Assembly (NCBI GenBank): GCA_002392285.1
Contig: DGGR01000043.1
Coordinates: 1-12,981, forward strand
DNA length: 12,981 bases
Source: Verrucomicrobia bacterium UBA3869
GTDB taxonomy: Bacteria; Verrucomicrobiota; Verrucomicrobiia; Opitutales; UBA9783
Reading direction: 5' to 3'
Under the pieces are notes generated by a model. The model was not told the DNA's origin, made no database searches, and saw only the letters and a list, made by a program, of their open reading frames with translations. Of this stretch, positions 1 through 6,775 are shown piece after piece. The translations under genes were made by a program, and so were the position numbers. The first letter of the stretch is position 1, and each line of letters opens with the position of its first letter.

Positions 1-123
1 CCACTCCGACCAGGTGTATATCGGCGTAGGACGGACGTTCTAAGGGCGGCGCTCAGTAGTACTCCAAGATATGCAAAATAGGAATCGACATCCTTTTTAG
101 GGATTGCAACATTTTCGAGGATA

Positions 124-756
124 ATGCAACGCTTGTCCGAACAAATCCTTGGTCTGTGTAACGATAAAGGTGAACTCGTAACCACGTTATCCGCCTTAAA
201 CGATCAGTTAAAAGACCAAAGCTTAGGCGTTTTTATCATCCTATTATCATTTCCCAGTGCATTACCTGTTCCAGCAGCCGGTTACAGCACTCCATTCGGC
301 ATCCTATTGCTATGGATAGGATGGCTCTTCCTGCGTGGGGGCCAACAGATTCAATTACCCAACAAATGGCTCAATAAACCCTTTAAAATCAATGCAAAAA
401 TCGTGCGCGGTGGTATAAAGCTGATCACGTTTTTAGAGAAATTTATCCACCCCAACCGCGCACCTAAACTTTATCGGCTGATCAATCGTCGCTTGGTAGG
501 TATCAACTTAATGCTATTGGCTTTGATAATGGCCCTTCCTATTCCATTAACCAATACCGCGCCGGCGGCTATTATTTTACTATTTGGCCTCGGGTTGTTG
601 GAAAATGATGGTTGGGTGTTAGCAATTGCTCAAATATTAGCCTTTTTTTTAATCATGCTATATGGAATTGCTACCTTTGTAATATGTACGTTTGGTGTGG
701 CTACTTTAAATAATATTTTACAATGGGTGCACATAAGTATACCTTTTAAATCTTAA
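124..756 (+). CDS. exoD: ExoD-family exopolysaccharide-synthesis membrane protein
   Basis: 210-aa ORF with GAGGA at 117-121 just upstream of the ATG. It is strongly hydrophobic with several TM segments. The segments LSFPSALPVPAAGYSTPFG and ALPIPLTNTAPAAIILLFGLGLLENDGW match the conserved core I remember for rhizobial ExoD-type proteins. The call rests on motif memory, not a search. Confidence 0.7.
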   Translation: MQRLSEQILGLCNDKGELVTTLSALNDQLKDQSLGVFIILLSFPSALPVPAAGYSTPFGILLLWIGWLFLRGGQQIQLPNKWLNKPFKINAKIVRGGIKLITFLEKFIHPNRAPKLYRLINRRLVGINLMLLALIMALPIPLTNTAPAAIILLFGLGLLENDGWVLAIAQILAFFLIMLYGIATFVICTFGVATLNNILQWVHISIPFKS

Positions 757-764
757 AAGAGAAT

Positions 765-1463
765 ATGAAAAAACTAAAAGAATATATACGGGAGTGGGAT
801 CAAAAATTTCTAAAAGGGCTACTCTGGTATCTTTACAACCGTTTGCTAAGTTTTTGGGATAAAGAACAAAAAGTTGATTACGTAGTACGATGCAATCAAT
901 GGACTGCTATTAGAGATTTAACAAAAAACTCTATTGTAATAGATGGAGGAGCTAATGTTGGCCATGAAACTGCTGTATTTGCGCAAAAGGGGTGCATTAT
1001 ACATGCTTTTGAACCTAATCCCGCTTGTTTTAAGCAGTTACAGAAACGTTTTAGAAATTCCCCAAAGGTACACCTTTATCCCTATGCTCTGAGCGATAGG
1101 GATGGGGAAGCAACCTTCTACTATAATAATGAATTCTCCCGATGGAATAAATTATTTTATTCCGAGGGGGGGGGGATGGTTAACCTGGGGTGCGACCAAA
1201 AAGGCATAACAGTCAAATGTGTTGATTTATGTAATTTCATTGAACATCAAAACATTCAAATTAATCTGGTAAAATTAGATATCGAAGGAGCAGAATACGA
1301 TGTACTTCTTAAACTTATTGAAACAGGGATTTATAGGAAATGTAATAACATCTTGGTGGAAACTCATGAACGTTATAGTCCAGAGCTCGCGCTAAAAGAT
1401 GCGCAATTAAGAGCTCTTATCCAAAAACACTCCATCAATAACATTGATCTCACTTGGGACTAG
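765..1463 (+). CDS. FkbM-family SAM-dependent methyltransferase
   Basis: 232-aa ORF with AAGAGA upstream of the ATG. VIDGGANVGHETAVFA...IHAFEPNP (SAM-binding motif I region) and LVKLDIEGAEYDVL are the two hallmark FkbM-family blocks. It contains an in-frame G10 tract at 1166-1175. Confidence 0.8.
   Translation: MKKLKEYIREWDQKFLKGLLWYLYNRLLSFWDKEQKVDYVVRCNQWTAIRDLTKNSIVIDGGANVGHETAVFAQKGCIIHAFEPNPACFKQLQKRFRNSPKVHLYPYALSDRDGEATFYYNNEFSRWNKLFYSEGGGMVNLGCDQKGITVKCVDLCNFIEHQNIQINLVKLDIEGAEYDVLLKLIETGIYRKCNNILVETHERYSPELALKDAQLRALIQKHSINNIDLTWD
1166..1175 (+). repeat. G10 homopolymeric tract inside the FkbM methyltransferase CDS
   Basis: Direct count gives ten consecutive G, read as GAG GGG GGG GGG (E-G-G-G) in the ORF frame. 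Confidence 0.95.
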
Positions 1464-2208
1464 CAGTAAGAGGTTGCCTTTTATTCCATCGCTTAATCGA
1501 TGGTTTTTGGATTTATTATTCCCGCGTGAGTGCTTTCAATGCCAGCAGCCGTTAGACTTGTCCCATCCGGGATTTGTGTGTGAAAGCTGCTTTAACCAAA
1601 TCGTATTTAACCGCGGCAGTTGCTGCTCTTGCTGCGGGAGGGTACTGGATAGCGATGCTAAGGACACCCCTTCCAACCTAATCTGTTCCAATTGTCTAGA
1701 ATTAAATCCCTACTTTAATCACGGCATCTCCTTGTTTGCATTCACCAACACCGGAAGAGCCTTTATTCATGCCCTAAAATACCGCAACGGTGCTTATTTA
1801 CGTTCCGATTTAGTACGCATCATGCAACACGAACAGGAGCGCTTACAAAGCATTCAAGGATGTACCTTTGTACCGGTTCCTCTGCACTTTTTTAGAAAAT
1901 GGAAACGCGGCTATAATCAATGTGAATGGATTACGAAAGCACTCCTTCATTGTATCGATGGGGAATGGGCTCCGATTTTACGCCGTACGTTCAATACTCC
2001 TTCGCAAACAAGCTTGACGCGCGAAGAAAGAAAGCAGAATGTAAAAGGTGCGTTCATGATGAAAACCCATCGCCCATTAGATTGCACCAAAACCTATGTG
2101 TTGGTAGACGATGTGTTTACGACAGGGTCTACGCTTAATGAATGTGCTAAGGTGCTTCATCAACACGGTGCCCAAAACATTCGTGTATTTACCTTAGCTC
2201 ACGGATAA
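1444..2208 (+). CDS. comF: ComF-family protein (zinc-finger N-terminus plus phosphoribosyltransferase domain)
   Basis: 254-aa ORF. The N-terminus carries four CxxC pairs (CFQC, CESC, CCSCC, CSNC). The C-terminus has the PRTase signature [14 protein letters not shown]. The start is uncertain: the TTG at 1444 overlaps the FkbM gene by 20 nt and has no SD, and the in-frame TTG at 1474 directly abuts AAGAGG. Confidence 0.8.
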   Translation: MISLGTSSKRLPFIPSLNRWFLDLLFPRECFQCQQPLDLSHPGFVCESCFNQIVFNRGSCCSCCGRVLDSDAKDTPSNLICSNCLELNPYFNHGISLFAFTNTGRAFIHALKYRNGAYLRSDLVRIMQHEQERLQSIQGCTFVPVPLHFFRKWKRGYNQCEWITKALLHCIDGEWAPILRRTFNTPSQTSLTREERKQNVKGAFMMKTHRPLDCTKTYVLVDDVFTTGSTLNECAKVLHQHGAQNIRVFTLAHG

Positions 2209-2221
2209 TGTTAAAAAACCA

Positions 2222-3097
2222 ATGAATTTGTTTTCAAAACCCACCTATTCTGCTGATACGATTCATAAACACGATATACCCGAAGGAACTTGGACAAAAT
2301 GCCCCGTTTCTGGCGAAATCGTTTATAGCAAAACTCTGGAAGAAAATTGGATGGTCGTTCCCAAAAGTGGCTATCATTTTCCCCTAAATGCTCATCAACG
2401 TATTCAATTGATGATCGACGAAGGTACGTTTGAAGAAAAAGACGCAACTTTAACATCCGTTGACCCTTTAACATTTAAAGCTTTAGATACGTACGTTAAT
2501 AAATTGCAACAAAATCAGGCAAAAACACACCTAAGGGATGCTGTTATAAGCGGTATAGGCAAAATTCAAGGGCAACCGGTTTCGTTTGCGGTTATGGATT
2601 TTCGGTTCTTAGGAGCTAGCATGGGATCGGTGGTCGGCGAAAAAATTACCCGCTGTATCGAACGCGGTATGGAATTAAACTATCCAGTGGTGATTGTGTC
2701 TGCATCTGGTGGCGCCCGTATGTATGAAGGTATTTTAAGCCTGATGCAGATGGCAAAAACCAGCGCAACTTTGGCCTATTTACGCCAACAGGGATTGCCC
2801 TTCATCTCCATTCTCACCAACCCGACTATGGCAGGGGTTATGGCCAGCTTTGCATCCTTAGGCGATCTCATCATCGCGGAACCCGGAGCTCTCATCGGCT
2901 TTGCAGGCCAGCGGGTTATTAAAGCTACCGTCAAACAAGATCTACCCAATGATTTCCAAAGCGCCGAATTTTTACTGCACCATGGGCTGATTGACCAAAT
3001 TGTACCGCGTTTGGAATTAAAACAACGCGTCGGTACTTTTTTAAAGCTCATGATGTACAAGCGCAACCACACGGTCAATAAAGTAGCCTCTCATTAA
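2222..3097 (+). CDS. accD: Acetyl-CoA carboxylase carboxyltransferase beta subunit
   Basis: 291-aa ORF, collinear with E. coli AccD as I recall it: IPEGTWTKC..., [74 protein letters not shown]. The N-terminal zinc-ribbon cysteines are mostly replaced (see findings). Confidence 0.95.
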   Translation: MNLFSKPTYSADTIHKHDIPEGTWTKCPVSGEIVYSKTLEENWMVVPKSGYHFPLNAHQRIQLMIDEGTFEEKDATLTSVDPLTFKALDTYVNKLQQNQAKTHLRDAVISGIGKIQGQPVSFAVMDFRFLGASMGSVVGEKITRCIERGMELNYPVVIVSASGGARMYEGILSLMQMAKTSATLAYLRQQGLPFISILTNPTMAGVMASFASLGDLIIAEPGALIGFAGQRVIKATVKQDLPNDFQSAEFLLHHGLIDQIVPRLELKQRVGTFLKLMMYKRNHTVNKVASH

Positions 3098-3159
3098 CGA
3101 TTTTTAGCGATAAAGCTTGACGCTTAGGGATTCTATTTGAAAATAATTTTTTCGATAAA

Positions 3160-3233
3160 GCAGATGTAGTTTAATGGCAAAACCCCAGCCTTCCAAGCTG
3201 GTGTTGTCGGTTCGATTCCGTCTATCTGCACCA
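3160..3233 (+). tRNA. tRNA-Gly, anticodon UCC, CCA encoded
   Basis: Hand-folded cloverleaf of 74 nt. Acceptor GCAGATG/TATCTGC with one G-U pair. D stem GTTT/AAAC. Anticodon stem CCAGC/GCTGG with loop CTTCCAA (anticodon TCC). 4-nt variable loop. T arm GTCGG-TTCGATT-CCGTC with one U-U mismatch. Discriminator A plus CCA. The anticodon arm is nearly identical to E. coli tRNA-Gly(UCC). Confidence 0.9.
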
Positions 3234-3260
3234 TCTCGTTAATAGAATCATCAAAATAAA

Positions 3261-3288
3261 TTGACATCCCATTAAGGTTTTTTATCTT
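3261..3288 (+). promoter_or_regulatory. Candidate sigma70-type promoter for rpmJ-rpmE
   Basis: TTGACA at 3261-3266, a 16-nt spacer, then TATCTT at 3283-3288. It would give a very short leader before the rpmJ ATG at 3300, and no SD is visible. Pattern match only. Confidence 0.35.
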
Positions 3289-3299
3289 AACTTTAAACT

Positions 3300-3425
3300 A
3301 TGAAAGTGGTTTCATCCCTCAAATCTTTATCTAAAAGACACCAAAACTGCAAAATAGTACGCAGAAAAGGTCGTCTTTACGTGATCAACAAAACCCATCC
3401 GAAATTTAAGGCCAGACAAGGATAA
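3300..3425 (+). CDS. rpmJ: 50S ribosomal protein L36, Cys-poor (YkgO-like) form
   Basis: 41-aa ORF translated by hand and absent from the ORF track: [41 protein letters not shown]. It closely matches the E. coli YkgO pattern (..[21 protein letters not shown]). Only one Cys is present, against the Cys3His zinc ribbon of the canonical form. Confidence 0.9.
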   Translation: MKVVSSLKSLSKRHQNCKIVRRKGRLYVINKTHPKFKARQG

Positions 3426-3431
3426 GTTTTT

Positions 3432-3689
3432 ATGCCTAAAAAAGATATTCATCCTGATTCCTATCCCGTTTGTTTTGTGGATGTTTCCACGGGGAAAAAG
3501 TTTCTTACATACTCTATCCTAACTGCCAAAAAGACAGAAGTGATTGATGGTGTAGAATACATGGTCTTACCATGTGATATCACATCGGATTCTCATACGG
3601 CTTATACGGGTCAAAAACGTGTGGTCAGCACCGCCAGCCGTATCGAAAAATTCCAACGCAAATTCCAGCGCAGACCCGCTAGGGCATAG
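3432..3689 (+). CDS. rpmE: 50S ribosomal protein L31, type B (Cys-poor)
   Basis: 85-aa ORF with AAGGA 9 nt upstream of the ATG. It shows the L31 pattern IHP...V.F.D.S....F...S......E.DG..Y......I.S.SH..YTG..R......RIEKF..KF. The CxxC pairs of type A L31 are absent. Confidence 0.9.
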   Translation: MPKKDIHPDSYPVCFVDVSTGKKFLTYSILTAKKTEVIDGVEYMVLPCDITSDSHTAYTGQKRVVSTASRIEKFQRKFQRRPARA

Positions 3690-3695
3690 AGGAGT

Positions 3696-4661
3696 ATGTA
3701 TCCTCTTTTATTTTCTTTAGTCTACCTGTTGCACTTCTATTCAATAGGAGTTAATTATTCTTACTTTACCCCGCGGCTGTTGTTGGAAAGCGCGCTTTGG
3801 ATAACGGTTTATTGGTTACCGATCATCATCTACTGTAAGTGGAGACGCAAAGATAAGTTGTTATTCGTCCTTTTTGTCCTTCATGTCTTGGTGTTTTTGG
3901 GGAAGCCAGTCACCTTGGCTTTACTGCCTGCTTTGCAACAATACACTTGGTTTTATCCTTATCGATACGTATATTTTTCAATCATATTTATCCTTTTATC
4001 CATTGGATTCTGTTTCTGGATCCGTAGCAGAGCTGGTTGGAATAAAAAAATCACTCAAATCCTTAACATAGCTTGTTTGGTCCTATTAGCGCTTATGGGT
4101 CAACGAGTAATGGCAATTTACCCTTATATCGTTGATAGCCACAAAAATCATGTAGCCCTCAACCAAAAGAATGCGTTACCCAACATCTATCATATCTGCC
4201 TTGATATGCACATGGGGCAACAAGGACTCATGGATGGCTTTAATTACGATAATTCCAAGTTCTATGAACAATTGGGTGACTTGGGCTTTTGGTACGACTT
4301 GAATTCTAAGTCTAATTATCCCTTAACTTATGCTAGCTTTACATCCATGTTTCAAATGGATTACTTGAAGCAAGTCGATCAACGCCAATGGCTATCTATC
4401 ATTAAAAACCAAGCAACAGCATTGGATATGTTAGACCAACACGGTTATTATACCGCCCATTATACAAGGTATAATATTTTCTATTCAGATTCTTTTTGTT
4501 GCACTTATTCAAATCCATTAAAATGTTATGTTCTGTACGATCATATTGCACGAAACACTTTCTTGGCTCAATGCTTAAAGAAGACGTACAATAGGATGTT
4601 ATTAAATACAGCTTTAGATACGATTAATGATATCTGTTATGCCAAAACGCTGCATGGCTAA
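3696..4661 (+). CDS. Membrane-anchored sulfatase-like (alkaline-phosphatase superfamily) hydrolase/transferase, N-terminal fragment of a frameshifted gene
   Basis: 321-aa ORF with a strong SD (AGAGGAG) upstream. About 4-5 N-terminal TM helices are followed by the start of a sulfatase-type catalytic domain: NIYHICLDMHMG (metal-ligand Asp) and YPLTYASFTSMF (candidate Thr nucleophile). It terminates at TAA 4659-4661, and the domain continues in another frame. Confidence 0.65.
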   Translation: MYPLLFSLVYLLHFYSIGVNYSYFTPRLLLESALWITVYWLPIIIYCKWRRKDKLLFVLFVLHVLVFLGKPVTLALLPALQQYTWFYPYRYVYFSIIFILLSIGFCFWIRSRAGWNKKITQILNIACLVLLALMGQRVMAIYPYIVDSHKNHVALNQKNALPNIYHICLDMHMGQQGLMDGFNYDNSKFYEQLGDLGFWYDLNSKSNYPLTYASFTSMFQMDYLKQVDQRQWLSIIKNQATALDMLDQHGYYTAHYTRYNIFYSDSFCCTYSNPLKCYVLYDHIARNTFLAQCLKKTYNRMLLNTALDTINDICYAKTLHG

Positions 4662-4759
4662 ACGGAAATTATTTCTTTTTCCATATTGCGAATCCTCATC
4701 ATCCTTATGTTTTTGATTCGAGTTCTTGGAATCGATGCCATCCAAATTTTACAGGGAGC

Positions 4760-5158
4760 ATGGGCACCACACGTCCAGATTTAATCACTCAATACAAGCA
4801 TATCGATTCGCTAGCTCTTTATGCTATTCGAGAAATTCTTAACCAGTATGATGAGGAGCATAAACCCATTATCATCTTACACGGCGATCATGGATTAGAC
4901 ACCATCAACCTCTGGAATTTTACACCAAAAGATTTTTGTGAAGAACATAAAATCAACTTTTCAAATCTATACGCTATTTATCTACCGAAACAGTACCGCC
5001 AAGCGCTTCCCCCTCCTCCTGGGTTAGTTAATACGTTCCGCTGGTTATTTAATACTTTATTTAATACCCAATATCCCTATTTAGAATCACGCCAAATAGC
5101 CTATAACGAAGCCAATCATACGCTGTATGATATAACCGATCTCGTAAATCAACAATAG
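4760..5158 (+). CDS. Sulfatase-like hydrolase/transferase, C-terminal fragment (continuation of 3696..4661 in a different frame)
   Basis: The listed ORF starts at ATG 4760, but this frame is open back to 4631. There it encodes NGNYFFFHIANPHHPYVFD, a typical sulfatase-family block, followed by PIIILHGDHG (metal-binding DH motif). No independent SD at proper spacing precedes the ATG at 4760. Confidence 0.6.
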   Translation: MGTTRPDLITQYKHIDSLALYAIREILNQYDEEHKPIIILHGDHGLDTINLWNFTPKDFCEEHKINFSNLYAIYLPKQYRQALPPPPGLVNTFRWLFNTLFNTQYPYLESRQIAYNEANHTLYDITDLVNQQ

Positions 5159-5261
5159 TCCTTTGGCGAAATTATTACAGGGATGTTAAGGACACGTCTC
5201 GTATAGCGATAAATACTTTAATAACTTTTCTAAAATCTTTTTTTAGATAACATTCTAACGT

Positions 5262-6548
5262 GTGAAAAGTTATCCACAACTTTTGTTTATTGCCCTCTAC
5301 CGTCTTCTCTTTTTGCCTGCTTTACTCATTGTGCTTCCTCGTTATTTATACACGATGATACGTCGCCGGGGATACGAAGCCTGTTTTTGGCATCGTTTTG
5401 GATGTGTTCCCAAACCGACGGTAGGTCACCCGATATGGATTCAGGCAGTAAGTGTTGGCGAAGTTGAAGCGCTAAAGCCTTTATTGATCGCCTTACAGCA
5501 AAAAAATATTCCGGTTTATTTAACCACCACTACTTCAACCGCCTTTGGGGTTGCGCGTACCAAATACGTTTCATGGGTTGATCGCCTTGCGTATTTTCCT
5601 TTAGATTTCTGGTTGTTTTCGGCTCTTGCTTGGCGGCGCATTCAACCGAAACAGGTGGTGTTGATGGAATCTGAACTATGGCCTGAGCACTTAGCTCAAG
5701 CTGCGCGGCATAAGGTTCCTGTTTATTTAATCAACGGTCGTTGTTCAGATCGAAGCTTTAAGCGTTATCGTCAAGTGCCCTGGATAGCGTCCCTCATGCT
5801 TAATCAACTCTCCCTCATTGCAGCTGCTGCCGATTGCGACACCCAACGGTTTCGGTCGCTATGTCCTCACCATCCGAACATTACCACGGTCGGCAATTTA
5901 AAAGTCGATGCTGCCTTATCCCAAGGGGAAGCATTAACGTTACAACGCGCGGATCTAGGCAGTTCTTGGGAATCGGCATCCATTATTATCGGCGCATCTA
6001 CCTGGCCAGGGGAAGAAGGATTGTTGTTGGATTGCTTCATGCAGCTCAAAAAGCAACATCCGAATTTAAAATTAATCTTGGTTCCGCGCCATAAGGAGCG
6101 AAAGCCGGAACTTCAGCGCTTATTAAAAACCTATCCGCTAAGCTTTTGCTTCCGTAGTCAACCTCAGCAGGATGTAAGCGTTTATGTCGTGGATTCCACG
6201 GGTGAATTGCGGGATTTTATTGCCTTAGCTGATTGGGTATTTATCGGGAAAAGCTTAGACCCCAATCGTGGAGGACAAACCCCATTGGAAGCTGCTGCGC
6301 TTGGGAAACCGATGATCTATGGCCCCCACATGGAAAATTTCGCCGACATCTGTAGCAGTTTGGAGCAAGCGGGTGGGGCGTGTCGATGCCAAACGGCAGA
6401 AGAAATTCAGTCGTGTTTAACCCAATGGGTGAATCAACCTCAATCCGCAATTGCTTATGGAAACCGTGCTCATCAATGGATATTGGCCCATAAAGGTACG
6501 GTTCAACGGCTACTCACATTAATCTTTGATTTGCCTTCCCACCCGTAA
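5262..6548 (+). CDS. waaA: 3-deoxy-D-manno-octulosonic acid (Kdo) transferase
   Basis: 428-aa ORF with a GTG start. It has an N-terminal membrane anchor. IWIQAVSVGEVEALKPL, LTTTTSTA, MESELWP, LILVPRHKERKPE, DSTGEL and GGQTPLEAAALGKPMIYGPHMENFADICSSLEQAGG are collinear with E. coli WaaA/KdtA as I recall it. Confidence 0.9.
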   Translation: MKSYPQLLFIALYRLLFLPALLIVLPRYLYTMIRRRGYEACFWHRFGCVPKPTVGHPIWIQAVSVGEVEALKPLLIALQQKNIPVYLTTTTSTAFGVARTKYVSWVDRLAYFPLDFWLFSALAWRRIQPKQVVLMESELWPEHLAQAARHKVPVYLINGRCSDRSFKRYRQVPWIASLMLNQLSLIAAAADCDTQRFRSLCPHHPNITTVGNLKVDAALSQGEALTLQRADLGSSWESASIIIGASTWPGEEGLLLDCFMQLKKQHPNLKLILVPRHKERKPELQRLLKTYPLSFCFRSQPQQDVSVYVVDSTGELRDFIALADWVFIGKSLDPNRGGQTPLEAAALGKPMIYGPHMENFADICSSLEQAGGACRCQTAEEIQSCLTQWVNQPQSAIAYGNRAHQWILAHKGTVQRLLTLIFDLPSHP

Positions 6549-6566
6549 GAAGCGTAAACTAGTATT

Positions 6567-6704
6567 ATGTTTCGATTACCAGATTCTTTATGGATCAAAT
6601 GGTTAACCGCCTTCCTTATTTTGTTAGGATTAACGCTGGTTGCTCATCCTATTCTTCAACACGCACGGCAAGAAGCAATTCAAAATCAAAGCTGTAAGCC
6701 TTAG
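6567..6704 (+). CDS. Hypothetical small single-pass membrane protein (45 aa)
   Basis: Hand-translated ORF below the track cutoff: MFRLPDSLWIKWLTAFLILLGLTLVAHPILQHARQEAIQNQSCKP. It has one clear TM helix and fills an otherwise empty 205-nt gap in a very compact region. There is no SD and no recognisable family. Confidence 0.25.
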   Translation: MFRLPDSLWIKWLTAFLILLGLTLVAHPILQHARQEAIQNQSCKP

Positions 6705-6748
6705 AGCTACCGATTACCATTTTTTGCTTGAAAAAAGGTCGAAATAAC

Positions 6749-6775
6749 GCTTAATGGTTACCAAGATGATTAAGC
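6749..6775. repeat. Inverted repeat GCTTAAT-N13-ATTAAGC spanning the feoA start region
   Basis: 7-nt arms at 6749-6755 and 6769-6775 are perfect reverse complements. The 13-nt spacer contains both candidate feoA start codons (ATG 6754 overlaps the left arm, ATG 6766 lies in the loop). Its function is unknown. Confidence 0.3.

Noticed and set aside
1926-3078. Nested or antisense ORFs 1926..2138 (+), 2211..2474 (-) and 2776..3078 (-).
   Set aside because: They lie inside or opposite comF and accD, which have strong family signatures. Their products are low-complexity and Arg/Cys-rich, as is typical of out-of-frame translation. None has a family motif.
3101-3161. Direct repeat T5-6..CGATAAAGC at 3108-3116 and 3153-3161, the second copy running into the 5' end of tRNA-Gly. 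I considered it as an att-like duplication or integration scar.
   Set aside because: Only 9 identical nt are involved. I roughly estimate that a window this size would yield about one such short-range 9-mer repeat by chance. Integrative elements typically duplicate the 3' part of a tRNA rather than its 5' flank, and no integrase or foreign cargo lies nearby.
3160-3300. tRNA-Gly as an island insertion site, and a Zur-box-like operator upstream of rpmJ.
   Set aside because: The downstream genes are ribosomal proteins, not cargo, and I saw no repeat of the tRNA 3' end elsewhere in the window. I could not find a convincing AT-rich palindrome resembling known Zur boxes in 3234-3299. The clade-specific motif is unknown to me.
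5158-5193. GTCCTT...AAGGAC inverted repeat after the sulfatase-like gene, considered as an intrinsic terminator.
   Set aside because: It has a 6-bp stem with a 24-nt loop and no downstream T-run, so it is not a credible Rho-independent terminator.
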